Source of the DNA: Blastocatellia bacterium
GTDB taxonomy: Bacteria; Acidobacteriota; Blastocatellia; UBA7656
Assembly (NCBI GenBank): GCA_035275065.1
Contig: DATENM010000145.1
Location: 89,851-113,850 of the forward strand
Direction of reading: 5' to 3'
Length of the DNA stretch: 24,000 bases
How positions within the stretch are numbered: the first letter of the stretch is position 1; the number at the start of each line of letters is the position of its first letter. Under the pieces are notes generated by a model. That model was not told the DNA's origin. It did no database searches and worked only from the letters and a program-made list of their open reading frames with translations. Of this stretch, positions 9,865 to 20,600 are shown one piece after another. Both the position numbers and the translations under genes were made by a program.

Positions 9865-9894
9865 ACTATATTGGCGGCCCGCGGTGGTTGTCAA
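9865..9894 (-). promoter_or_regulatory. Candidate sigma-70-type promoter of pgsA
   Basis: On the minus strand: TTGACA (complement of 9889-9894), 18-nt spacer, TATAGT (complement of 9865-9870). This implies an ~85-nt leader before the TTG start at 9771. Confidence 0.4.
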
Positions 9895-10013
9895 GAACCG
9901 CTCGCCACAAGCCGCAGTCGTTTTTCGATTTGCTGCATCTAAGGCTGCGTTGAGTGGTGAGTTTCAGATTGGGGTAGCGCCGCGCGGTCAGCTTATGCGA
10001 CACTGCGCAGTCT

Positions 10014-10041
10014 GTGGCGCAAGGCGGTTAGCTTGCGCCAC
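10014..10041 (+). promoter_or_regulatory. Perfect 10-bp hairpin in the leader of the beta-propeller gene
   Basis: gtggcgcaag (10014-10023) and cttgcgccac (10032-10041) with an 8-nt loop gcggttag. Followed by catcgttgtgagtttta and the ATG at 10072. An overlapping tgcgc/gcgca pairing upstream could compete with it. Confidence 0.3.
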
Positions 10042-10071
10042 CATCGTTGTGAGTTTTAATCCGAGTCTTCA

Positions 10072-12078
10072 ATGTTGAACTGGATCAAGCGACTGTTCAA
10101 TCGGCGCGGCGCGCTCATCGCCGCAGGCATTGCGATTGTCCTCGCGCTGGCGGGGCTGTTGATTTATGTGGTCAGGCTGAATCGTCATATCAGCGCTGAA
10201 CAGGAAGCCGAAGCCGCCGCGCAAAAAATCACCGTTGAAGAGACGCGCTTGCGCCCGCCGGTGACGGACGGGCTGACGGTTTATCTGAACGCCGCTGATG
10301 CGAGGGCAACGGCGGTCTTTGCCGGCACGCGCTATCTGGCGACCTCAGGCGGGCTGATCGCGCTCGACGAGGGCGGCACGGTCAAACACCGCTACACCAC
10401 TTTCGATGGCCTGAGCGACAACGACCTGACGGCGCTGGCGGTCTTTCGTGATCGGCTCTATATCGGCACGGCAGCCAGCGGCTTGATGGCATTCGACGGC
10501 AATGGCTTCACCGGCTATCGCTTCGTCAAGCCGAAGGCGACGCGGGTGAGCGTGCTGACGGCGACAGAAAGCGAGTTGTTAATCGGCACACTCGACGGCG
10601 GCTTGTTCGAGTTTGATGGACAGCAACGCTTCACGCGCCGCTTCAATTCGGCTCCGGGAGCCGATTTCACGCGAGTGACCGCGGTGCTGCCGTTTGCTTC
10701 GCGGCTCTACATCGGCACACAGGACAGCGGGCTCTACATCTGGCGCGAAGGCCACATCGAGCACCTGACGACGAGCGACGGCTTGCCCTCACCGCGGGTC
10801 ACAGGGCTGGTCGCGCTGCCTTCGAGCGATTCGCAGTACGGCGGGCTCGCGGTAGCGACCGATTTCGGCGTCGTCGGCCTGAGCGATGCCAACGAGATCA
10901 AAGCCATCACCAATCGCCCGAACGTCACTTCGATTGCGGTGATCGGCGGGCGGCTGTTTGCCGGGCTGTTCAGCGGCGGCCTATTTGACATCAACGCCGA
11001 ACGGACGAAGTCGAGCCCGAACGAACCGCGTACCGGCCTGTCGGAAACGCCGGGCCTGCCGGCGAATGCGCCGACGACGGTCTTTGCCGATGATGGCGGA
11101 TTGTGGGCGCTGACGCGCGATGGCGCATTCGTGCGCGAGGCGGGGGCGGGCGGGCCGGCCTTCGAGCCGGTCGCGGCATCGCTGGTCAGCGAGCGCATCA
11201 TCACCGGCGACCACATCACCGGCGTGGCGCTCGATGGCGCCGCCCACCTGTGGGTCGGCTATTTCGACCGCGGCGCTGATGTGATCGCGCCGGAAACCAG
11301 CGAGCGCCTGGCGCACATCGAAGACGAGCGCGTCCGTGAAGTGAACTTCATTACTTTTGACCCGGCATCCGGGCAGACGCTGATTGCCACGTCGCGCGGC
11401 CTCGTCACTGTTGATGGGCGAAGGCAACAGACGGTGATGACCCGCGAAAAGAATGGCTTAATCAGCGATGCCATTGCTCACGTTTCTTTGATGACGGCAA
11501 ACACCTCGGCGGCGGGCGCGATGGTGCTGGCGACGGCAGGCGGCTTGACGGAAGTGGCGGGCGGGCGGGCGCGGTCGCTGACCTCGTTTCACGGCCTGTC
11601 GAGCAATCACCTGTATACGTCGGCGGCGGCGGGCTCGCGGCTCTTCGTCGGCAGCCTGGCGGGGCTGATCGAGCTTGAGGGCATGCGCGTCGTGCGAACC
11701 TACAAGACGTCGAACTCGCGCCTGTCACACGACTGGGTGACGGCGCTGGCGGAAGCCGAGGGCACCCTTTATGTCGGCACCAACGGCGGCGGCGTTGATG
11801 CGTTGCTGCCGACCGGCGAGTGGATCAGCTTTGCCAATGATCGCGATGTCGGCAAATTCGAAGTCAATCAGAACGCCATGTACTTTGACGGCGAGCGATT
11901 ATATGTCGGCACTAGCGATAAAGGATTATTGGTATATAATACGCGCGCGCGGAGTTGGAAACGGCTCAGCGCCGGCCTGCCGTCGCCGAGCGTGACGGCC
12001 ATCACAGGCGATGACCGATACGTTTATATCGGCACCATGAATGGCCTTGTCAGGATTGAGAAGCGAGTCGTCGGATAG
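10072..12078 (+). CDS. Membrane-anchored double beta-propeller protein (two-component-regulator-propeller / Reg_prop-like repeats)
   Basis: 668 aa. N-terminal signal-anchor (GALIAAGIAIVLALAGLLIYVV). About 14 repeats of the blade motif hydrophobic-(Y/W/F)-(I/V)-G-T-x2-G-L-x-x-(F/Y)-D, e.g. RLYIGTAASGLMAFDG, ELLIGTLDGGLFEFDG, RLYIGTQDSGLYIWREG, TLYVGTNGGGVDALL, RLYVGTSDKGLLVYN, YVYIGTMNGLVRIEK. No kinase or HTH output domain follows. Confidence 0.85.
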   Translation: MLNWIKRLFNRRGALIAAGIAIVLALAGLLIYVVRLNRHISAEQEAEAAAQKITVEETRLRPPVTDGLTVYLNAADARATAVFAGTRYLATSGGLIALDEGGTVKHRYTTFDGLSDNDLTALAVFRDRLYIGTAASGLMAFDGNGFTGYRFVKPKATRVSVLTATESELLIGTLDGGLFEFDGQQRFTRRFNSAPGADFTRVTAVLPFASRLYIGTQDSGLYIWREGHIEHLTTSDGLPSPRVTGLVALPSSDSQYGGLAVATDFGVVGLSDANEIKAITNRPNVTSIAVIGGRLFAGLFSGGLFDINAERTKSSPNEPRTGLSETPGLPANAPTTVFADDGGLWALTRDGAFVREAGAGGPAFEPVAASLVSERIITGDHITGVALDGAAHLWVGYFDRGADVIAPETSERLAHIEDERVREVNFITFDPASGQTLIATSRGLVTVDGRRQQTVMTREKNGLISDAIAHVSLMTANTSAAGAMVLATAGGLTEVAGGRARSLTSFHGLSSNHLYTSAAAGSRLFVGSLAGLIELEGMRVVRTYKTSNSRLSHDWVTALAEAEGTLYVGTNGGGVDALLPTGEWISFANDRDVGKFEVNQNAMYFDGERLYVGTSDKGLLVYNTRARSWKRLSAGLPSPSVTAITGDDRYVYIGTMNGLVRIEKRVVG

Positions 12079-12192
12079 CCTGCGAGCGCGAGCCAAACGC
12101 CCCTGCAACGTTGGCCCGCGCATTCAGGGCAAGCGTGATCGAATCACCACTTCCGCCTTCGGTTTTCGCGGGTGAGCGGCCCGCGCTTCAGG

Positions 12193-14595
12193 ATGCTTAT
12201 GAAATCAAGTGGACGCACCTCTCTGAGTTTAATGGCACGGCGAATGGCTGCGCTGCTGGTCTTGTTGCTGATTCCCGTGGCGGCGCAGGCGCAGTCAGGC
12301 GTGCTGATTCCGACCAGCGCCCAGAAGCCTGACTCGGCAATCCTCTCGCTCGACGAGATGACGGTCGACATCAAGATCGATAACCAGTACGCGCGCGTCC
12401 GCGTCGTGCAAATCTTCGGCAACCACACAGCCCGCGTGCAGGAAGGCCAGTACGTCTTCCTGATCCCGACGACCGCCTCGATCTCGGACTTTGCGGTCTG
12501 GGACGGCGACGTGCGCATCCCCGGCGTCATCCTTGAAAAGCGCCGCGCCGAAGAAATCTACGAAGACCTGGCGCTGCAATCCATCGATCCGGGACTGCTC
12601 GAACAGGAGCGCGATGATCAGTCGGACACCGCCTTTACGGTCAAGATCACGCCCATCCCGGCGTATGGCACCAAGCGCCTGGAGCTTGAATACACCGAAG
12701 CGCTGCCTGTGGATAATCTCGAATCGTACTTTTCGTTCCCCTTCAAGCCGAGCCAGTACGGCGCGCAGACGGTCAACCACCTGTCGCTTAGATTACAGAT
12801 CGCCAGCAAGTTTGCGATGAGCGATCTGAGCGTGCGCAGCAAAATCTATCCGCTCAACTTCATCGATAACCGCCCTGAGTACAAGTCTGCGTCGTTCGAG
12901 GGCAACGACATCCAACTGACCGAGGACTTCTCGTTCCGCTACGGCCTGAACGTGCCGCACACGGCGTTCGAGTTTCTCGCCTATCGCGCGCCGGAGCGCA
13001 TTACCGCCGACGAGTTGCGCGACCCGCGATTGGCCGAGCGCGAGCCCGACGGATATTTCGAAGCGGGCGTCGTCTTCAATGAAGCGGGCCGCGCCCCCGG
13101 CGAAGTCGCCGCGCCCGAACCGCGCTCGGTGCTGGTCATGCTCGATACGTCGCTCTCGATGCAGTGGGAGAAGCTCGACCGCGCTTATGAAGCGACCGAA
13201 GCGCTGCTGCGCTCGTTGACGCCGCAGGACACGTTCAATCTCATGCTGTTCAACGATGATGTCACCGCCTTGAGCGACAAGTCGGTGGACGCGCGCCCCG
13301 AGCAGATCGAGCGCGCCCTGTCATTCATCAAGTCGAGTTACCTGTCGGGCGGCACCGATCTGGCCGCCGCACTCGAACGCGCCACGCAATTGTCGAAAGC
13401 GATGCCGGCCAAGAAGGAGCGCGCCATCGTGATGATCACCGATGGCAACTCGTCGCTCGGCACGACGCGATTGAAAACGCTCACGGAACGCTTTCAGAAA
13501 GCCAACGACGCCGGGTCGCGCGCCCGCCTGTACGTATTCGGCATCGGCTCGGACACCAACCTGCGATTGCTCGGCGAGCTGGCGCGGGCGTCGCGCGGTT
13601 ATTTCGATTGGTCGCGCGAGACCGACGATCTGGAATTCAAGCTCAAGGGCTTTGTCAGCAAGATAGGCCGCGCGCCGATTGATACCTTGAAGCTGGCCAA
13701 TACGGACGCGGCGAACTTCTATCAGGTCTATCCCGATTACGAGGCGACTGCCTATGACGGCACACGGCTGTCGTTCGTCGGTCGCTACAAGCGGCCCGGC
13801 CCGGCGCAGCTCGCAATCACCGGCAACAGTGAAGGCAAGGCGGTGCGGCTCAATCAGCAGGTCGAGCTGCCGGAGCGCGATGACACGCACGACCATGTGC
13901 CGCGCCTGTGGGCGCGTGCGCGTGTGGACGCGCTGCTCAGGCTGATCGCTTTGAATGGCGAGACCAAAGAGGCGATTGACGAGATCATCGCGCTCTCAAA
14001 GAAGTACAAGTTCGTGACGCCCTACACGTCGTTTCTGGCGGCGCCGCGGTCGCTGCTGCGGCCTCGCGTGATTCGCCCCGGCGACCCTGTGTTGCGGGTT
14101 CGCGCCGATCAAGCGATTGTTGAAGTGACCGCGGTCTTCCCCTTCGGCTTGACCAGGCGATTGACTTATCTGAAGGGCGAAGATGTCTGGGAGACGCGCT
14201 TCGTCGCGCCGCGCGAGATGAGCGACGGCGTCTATCATTGCCGCCTGTTGCTGGTCGACAACAAAGGCCGCGCCTATCAAGAAGACAAGAGCTTCGTCAT
14301 TGATAGCCGCCCGCCGCGCCTTGAGCCGAAGTTAGATCAAACCGTCGCCCATGCCGGCGAAGAGTTAACGATCACTGTGCGCGCCGACAGCGACACGCGG
14401 GTGATTGCGGCGCGCGTCTTTGGCGCGCTGCCGGTGCCCATCGTTTGGGATGCAAAGTCAAAAGCCAATGTCGGCCACCTGCGCATCCCCGCGGGACTGC
14501 CATCGGGAACCTACACGATTCAGGTCACCGCCGAAGACTTCGCGCACAACTCGACGGTCGCCGAGGTGATGGTCGAAGTGATTGGCGGCAGTTGA
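12193..14595 (+). CDS. Secreted VIT domain + von Willebrand factor A (VWA) domain protein with Ig-like C-terminal region
   Basis: Signal peptide (MARRMAALLVLLLIPVAAQA|QS). VIT-like region (LSLDEMTVDIKIDNQYARVRVVQIFGNHT..YVFLIP..ISDFAVWDGDVRIPGVILEKRRAEEIYE). VWA with full MIDAS (DTSLS at 13144-13158, GGTDL, ITDGNS). C-terminal beta-rich region (GTYTIQVTAEDFAHNSTV). Start is ambiguous: the track gives 12172 (non-ATG), with ATGs at 12193, 12199 and 12232. Confidence 0.9.
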   Translation: MLMKSSGRTSLSLMARRMAALLVLLLIPVAAQAQSGVLIPTSAQKPDSAILSLDEMTVDIKIDNQYARVRVVQIFGNHTARVQEGQYVFLIPTTASISDFAVWDGDVRIPGVILEKRRAEEIYEDLALQSIDPGLLEQERDDQSDTAFTVKITPIPAYGTKRLELEYTEALPVDNLESYFSFPFKPSQYGAQTVNHLSLRLQIASKFAMSDLSVRSKIYPLNFIDNRPEYKSASFEGNDIQLTEDFSFRYGLNVPHTAFEFLAYRAPERITADELRDPRLAEREPDGYFEAGVVFNEAGRAPGEVAAPEPRSVLVMLDTSLSMQWEKLDRAYEATEALLRSLTPQDTFNLMLFNDDVTALSDKSVDARPEQIERALSFIKSSYLSGGTDLAAALERATQLSKAMPAKKERAIVMITDGNSSLGTTRLKTLTERFQKANDAGSRARLYVFGIGSDTNLRLLGELARASRGYFDWSRETDDLEFKLKGFVSKIGRAPIDTLKLANTDAANFYQVYPDYEATAYDGTRLSFVGRYKRPGPAQLAITGNSEGKAVRLNQQVELPERDDTHDHVPRLWARARVDALLRLIALNGETKEAIDEIIALSKKYKFVTPYTSFLAAPRSLLRPRVIRPGDPVLRVRADQAIVEVTAVFPFGLTRRLTYLKGEDVWETRFVAPREMSDGVYHCRLLLVDNKGRAYQEDKSFVIDSRPPRLEPKLDQTVAHAGEELTITVRADSDTRVIAARVFGALPVPIVWDAKSKANVGHLRIPAGLPSGTYTIQVTAEDFAHNSTVAEVMVEVIGGS

Positions 14596-14684
14596 TCGCG
14601 TGACTTTTTCCGGTTCCGAGCGAACCGCCTGGCATCAACCGTTTTCTTGTTTTCGGGTTTGTCTTCACGATTTATTGATCGCAG

Positions 14685-17600
14685 GTGCTTATGCGCAAAC
14701 GAATCTTTCTGACCGTCGCGATTGTCCTTTCGGTCGCTTCCCTTGCTGTTGCCACCCTGTTTGCACAGCGGGCGGCGCAGCGCGCGAAAACCTCAACTCC
14801 GAATGCTGCGGGTGGCCAGGCCACCGCCAAAGGCAAGCCGCCGGCGAATCGCAACCAGAGCGCCGCCACCGCGCCCTTGCGCCAGCCCGACCCGAATCGC
14901 GCCCCGCAAGCGGCGGTTGACGAAGCCCTCTACACCAAAGAAGAGTTCTTCGGCACTCAGGCGTCCGTCGCGCGGCCATATGCCCCGGCGCTTGAGCGCG
15001 TCGGCACCTTGCTTGTCCAGTATCCGAAAGATGCGCGATTGCACCTGCACGCGGCGCGGCTCTCTGAACGGCTCGGGCAATTCGATAAAGCCGCGACCGA
15101 GATGGCGCAATATGCCGACCTCCGCCGGCGCTCGCCCGATGCCTTGCGCCGGCTTGCGGTCTTCTATCACAACCGCGCCCGCTTCGCCGACGAAGTCAAA
15201 ACGCTTGTCGAGCTCGGCAAAGCCTTGCCGGTGACCGAGCGCGCACCCATCTATAAACAGGCCGCCGGTATCGTGCGCGCCTATTCGCTCAAAGAGTACA
15301 AGCCGGCAGATTTCTTCGCCGAGCTGGTCGCCGCCGACCCGTCGAATATTCAACCGGTCAAAGACTACGTTGAAGAGCTGCAACTCGCCGAGAATCGCAA
15401 AGAGGCGCTGGAAGTGCTGACGACCTTCCAGCCGAAGTTCGCCGGTCAACTGGCTTACTTCTTGAAGACCCGCGCCGCGATACTCGAAGCGCAAGGCGAC
15501 CGCCGCGCCGCCGAACAGGTTTATGACGCGGCCTTCGATCCGACGTGGCCGCGCGCCATCAGCGGCGATTATTACGAGCTGCTGCGCCGCTTCGGTCGCT
15601 ACCGCGCGGTGCGCCGTGGCTTGCAGGAGCGGGCGCGCACCGCGAGCGACCTCAACACCGTCGCGCGCCTGTTCAGCATCTATTCTTACGAAGGCAACTT
15701 CGAGCCGGCCTCGCGCCTGCTGCGCGACCTGGAAGCGCGCCGCGCCGGTCGCGCCTCGTCACGCCCTGCGACGACGGGCGGCAACGCACAGCCAGCAGCC
15801 GTGAGCGCGTCGTGGAATGGCCGCGAGCTTGAAACCGTCGCGGCATTGTTCGCCTCCGTAGGCGACTTCGATCAGGCGTCGCGCTACCTCTACACACTTT
15901 ACCTGACGGGCGGCTTGCAGCCCGGCAGCGCCTCGCGCGAAGAAGCCTTGCACCGGCTCTTCCGCGTCATGCTCGACGCCGCCGGCACGCCGACGCGGGT
16001 GGCGGCGGGCGACCTGTCGCTCTACAAAGACGTGGCGCAGGTAGACGCCCACCCGGGCTTTATGAACGGCGTGCTGTCGCTGATTCTTTCCGGCACCAAC
16101 CCGGCGAGCGAATATGCGACGCAAGAGAAAGCCGCGGCCAGCTATTTCAACCGCGCCTTCGCCTATCGCATCTTCACCGCATTCAAACAGGAGTACGCGC
16201 AGTCGAAGTACCTCGCAGACATGTACCTCGGCGTCACCGAAGTCTTCGCCGGCCTCGGCGAGCATCGGCTGGCGATTGAAGCGGGCCGCGAATTCCAACA
16301 GCTCTATCCGACCTCGCCGCATTACACGGACGTGTCGCTGCGCATCGCCGACGCCTACGTGGCGCTGAAAGACCGCGCCGGCGAGCGCGCCGTGCTGAAC
16401 GATTTGCTGGATCGCCTGGCGCGCTCGCGGCCCAAAGGGCGACCGCTGATCGCGACGACGGCGAAGCGCTGGACCTATGGCATCTCGCCGGCTTTTGACA
16501 AACTCGTGGACCGCATTCGCTATAACATCGAAGCCTACAGCGACACCTACGACCCGACCGAAGACAGCTCGGCAACCAGCTCGAACGAAGGCGACAGCGA
16601 CGTGGATGCGGACGAGCCGACCAACTTCGGCGATGAAAGCGACAAGCGCGGGCCGACCTACAGCAGCGTGCTTGAGCGTTACGTCGCGTCGCTTGCCGCC
16701 GATGAGAAGAAGACGGAAACGGTCACCTTCTTCTGGAATGAAATCCGCAAGCATCCGGGCGAAGAAGGTCTATACGAACGGTTCCTGCGCTGGCTCGGCT
16801 CGGCCGAGCTGGTCAACGAGCAGTTGAAGGCGTACAACACGGCGATTCGCCAGTTCGATTCCAACACCTGGTATCACCGGCTGGCGCGCTGGTATGTGCG
16901 GCAGAAGCGCGGCAGGGAATTGCAGCGTTATTCGCGGCAGCTCATCAGCATCTTTGACGAAGAAGACATCACTGAATACCTGTTGCGCTTTGCCGGTTAC
17001 GGCGCGTCGGCGGCGGGCGATTCGCTGAACTGGGATCAGAAGCTGGCCTTCGACCTTTACAGTTACGCGCACCAGCGCTTCCCGCAAAACCTTTTCTTCG
17101 TGCGCGGCATGCTGACTTACCTGGCGAATAACAAAGAGGTTGGGCCGTGGGCGCAGCTATCGGCGCAGTATTACTTCGCCGACCGCTCGATCCGCGAGCC
17201 GTTCCTCGCCTACCTGTCGAGCAACAACCAACTGCGCGACCGCTACCAGAAAGCCAGAAGTCAGGAGTCAGGAGTCAGGAGTCAGAATACCGGCGCAACC
17301 GTCACGACTTATCACGTCTTTGCGGCAGACGCGGCGCTATGGCTGTCGCATCACGACGAGGCGATTGATGCCTATCGGCAACTGACGGCACTCTATCCGG
17401 GCGAGCCGCAGTATGCCGACCGGCTGGCTGACCTGACGCGCTCGTTCGGCCAGCGCTCCGACAAGCTCTACGAAGAGTCCGCGCAGGTGCTGTCGCACAT
17501 GGCCGAAATCTACCCGTCGGAGCATTCGTACCGCATCAAGGCCGGTGAAGCCTATGCCGAGCTGGGCGATTTCAAGCGCGCCGGCGCTGAGTGGAACAAG

Positions 17601-20600
17601 CTGACCCAGCTTGAGCCGGGCGAGCGCAACACCTATCTCGAAGTCGCGACGGTCTTCTGGGACTACTATCAATTCGATGATGCGCTGCGCGTCTTCAAGG
17701 AACTTCGCAGCCAGACCGGCGACCCGACCATCTATGCCTATCGCATGGGCGCGGTCTATGAAGGCAAGGGCGACATTGACGCGGCCATCGCCGAATACGT
17801 CAAGGTGTTGCCGGAACCCGGCGACGGGCGCAGCACCGTGGCCAAACGCCTGGCGCAACTTTCCAGACGCGCCGGCCTCGCTGACAAGATCGCCGCCGCT
17901 TATAACCAGGCGCGCACGGCTAAACCGGACGACTGGCAGTTAGTGATTGGCTACGCGCTCTACAACGCCGAGCGCGACCATCAGGCCGAGGCGCTCGCGG
18001 GCTTGCGCACGGAAGTATCGCGCTCATCAAACGTCGAGTTTCTCGAAAGCGTGCGCGATCTCTTCCAATATATCTTGCGGCCCGAAGACGAGCAGCAGGT
18101 CATCGCGCGCTTGACTCAGGTGGCGCGCGACGAGCGCGAAGCGATGACCTATCGCTTGCAGCTCGCGGCCTTCCTGGAACGCCACAATCAGGTGGACGAG
18201 GCGATCAAGAACATCGACAAGCTGGTCGCCGATTACCCTACGAACGTCGGCGTCGTCGAAGAAGCCTCGCAGTTCTACTGGCGCGCAGGCTTGCTCGACC
18301 GGGCGCTCGATCTCTACAAGCGGACGCTCGCCAGGGCGCAGGGGCCGAACCGCCGATTGCTGACCTTGCAGTACGCTCGTCGCTTGAGTGAAGCCAATAA
18401 GCTCACGGACGCCGAAGCGACGCTGCGCGCTTTCTACAACGAGAACCGCAGCGATACGGAAGTTTTTTCGGAGCTGGCGCGCACGCTCGGAGCCGAGAAC
18501 AAGATGAACGACCTGGCGGCGCTTTATCAGGACGCCTTCAAGGACGTGAAAGAATCGGGGCTCACCGGCGACGACGCCAAAGCGCAGGTCGCCGATCTGC
18601 GCGCCGGGTTGATTCGCACCTACACGGCGCTCGGCAAGTTCAACGAAGCCGTGGACCAGCACATCGAGATCATCAACCTCTTCCCCGAAGACGCCGAGCG
18701 GCTGGCCACGGCTTACGAGTACGCCGAGGCGCACAACCTGCTCGACCGGCTGACGGCTTACTACGAGAAGCTGACGAAAGAGTCGTATAAGAACTATCGC
18801 TGGCAGGTGGTGCTGGGCCGCGTCTACGAGCGGCGCGGCAACCTGGCGGGCGCGACCGAGCAGTATCGCAACGCCGTCACCAACGAGCCGGAGCGCACCG
18901 ATTTTCGGCTGACGCTGGCGAACCTGCTGACCCGGCAGCGGCGCTACGACGACGCCATCACCGTCTTGCGCGAGGGCTGGCAGTTGGCGGGCCGCGACCC
19001 ATCGTGGCTGACAGAGGTGGCGCGCATACAGGTGTTACAGGGCAAGCGCGACGATGCGGTGCAGACCTTGCGGCAGGCGCTCGCTTCCAAGAAAGAGACC
19101 AAGGTCGCAGATCAAATCGTCGTCGCCCAGCGGCTCGCTTCGTGGGGCCTGTACGCCGAAGCCGTGCGCATCTATGAAACGGCGCTCGCGGCTTATCCCA
19201 AGGTGATGAAGGACGAATACCTCGGCGGCGATGCCATCAGCGGTTACGTACAGGCGCTGGTTCGGACACAGCCGGCGGGGCAGGTCTATCAAAAGCTCGC
19301 GCGCATGCGCTCGCAGTACGCCGCCATCGGCAGTAACTCGTCGGACACGGACAGCTATCGCGCCAAGAACGTCGTGCAGTATATCGATAGCGCCTTGCGA
19401 ACAGACTTTGCCCGCGGCGTGATCGATTACGCCGGCTCGCAGGATGCTGCCGCCGTCGCGCAGGCGCTCACCGCCGAGACGGCGAAGCTGACGGCTTATA
19501 CGGATGCCGACGAGCTGCGGCGCTATCTCGGCATTGCTCGCTCCGCCAATCTGGTTGAAGTCGAAGAGCGATTGCAGACGCGTTTGAAGGACGTGGCCTA
19601 CGAGGGCCGCCCGAAAAATGCGCCGCAGCCGACCACGCAGGACACCAGCTATTACAGCGAGCTGCGCGCCCTGGTGGCGTTTTATGATCGCCACGCGGCT
19701 TACGCCAAGGCCGCCGAGGTAATCGCCGGTGAATTGAAGCGCGACCCGTACAAAGATCGCTTCGATTATCAAAACCAGATTGCCACCCAGTACCGATTGG
19801 CAGGCGACACGACGCGCGAGCTGGAATCGTTGCGCGCGGCCTATCAGAGCGCCAGCGGCGCTGAAGTGACGACTAACACGGACTGGGTCGAGCGCTATCT
19901 GACCTTGCTCTATGCGGCGAACCAGCGCGACGAGCTGGAACGCATCGCCGCCGCCGACAGCCCTTATCAACTGCAACTCGTCAACTTCTTGATCGAGAAG
20001 AATGACAAGGCGCTCGCCCGCCGGGCCATCAACAGCGCGGCGCGCTCGGTCGCCTGGAAGGCGTCGCGCAGCGGCGAAGTCGGCCTGTTTATGCGCGACA
20101 CCTCGGCGGAAACCGAAGGGTTCTTCAAGCGCGCCCTCGACATCAAGAGCATCGGCGACATGCTCAACCGCAAGGTGGATGGCAACCAGACGCTGGTCGG
20201 CGATGACTGGTTCGTGGCGGCGCGGAATTATGGTTACTGGCTGGGGCTGACGCCGCAGCGCGGCAAAGAGAGCCTCGACTTTATCGCCGGCGAGATCGAA
20301 GGCCACCCTTCGAGCGAGAAGGCACAGCTTGAGCTGGCGGCCTACTATCTCGACCACAAAGACCTGACGCGGGCGGCGGCGCACACGGAGCTTGCCGCGG
20401 AGCTGGCGCCGGCGAGCACCGATGTCATCATCGCTCGCGGGTTACTGGCGATGGCGCGCGGCGACCGCAAGGCCGCCAGCGAACAGTGGGGCCGTTTGTT
20501 GAGCGGGCGCGTGTCGGTCGCCGATGCGCAGACCTACTTGAAGCTGATGGCCGATAACAACATGCTGCGCGAAGCGCTGCCGCCGCTGCAAAACTTCATC

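Noticed and set aside
9951-9980. TTGAGT ... GGTAGC promoter-like pattern upstream of the beta-propeller gene
   Set aside because: The -10 candidate is poor (GGTAGC/GTAGCG). Resemblance to the other two candidate promoters is too weak to call.
9884-10078. 64-aa ORF in the pgsA / beta-propeller intergenic region
   Set aside because: It uses a non-ATG start overlapping the candidate pgsA promoter and spans the leader hairpin. It has no motif or coding-like codon bias.
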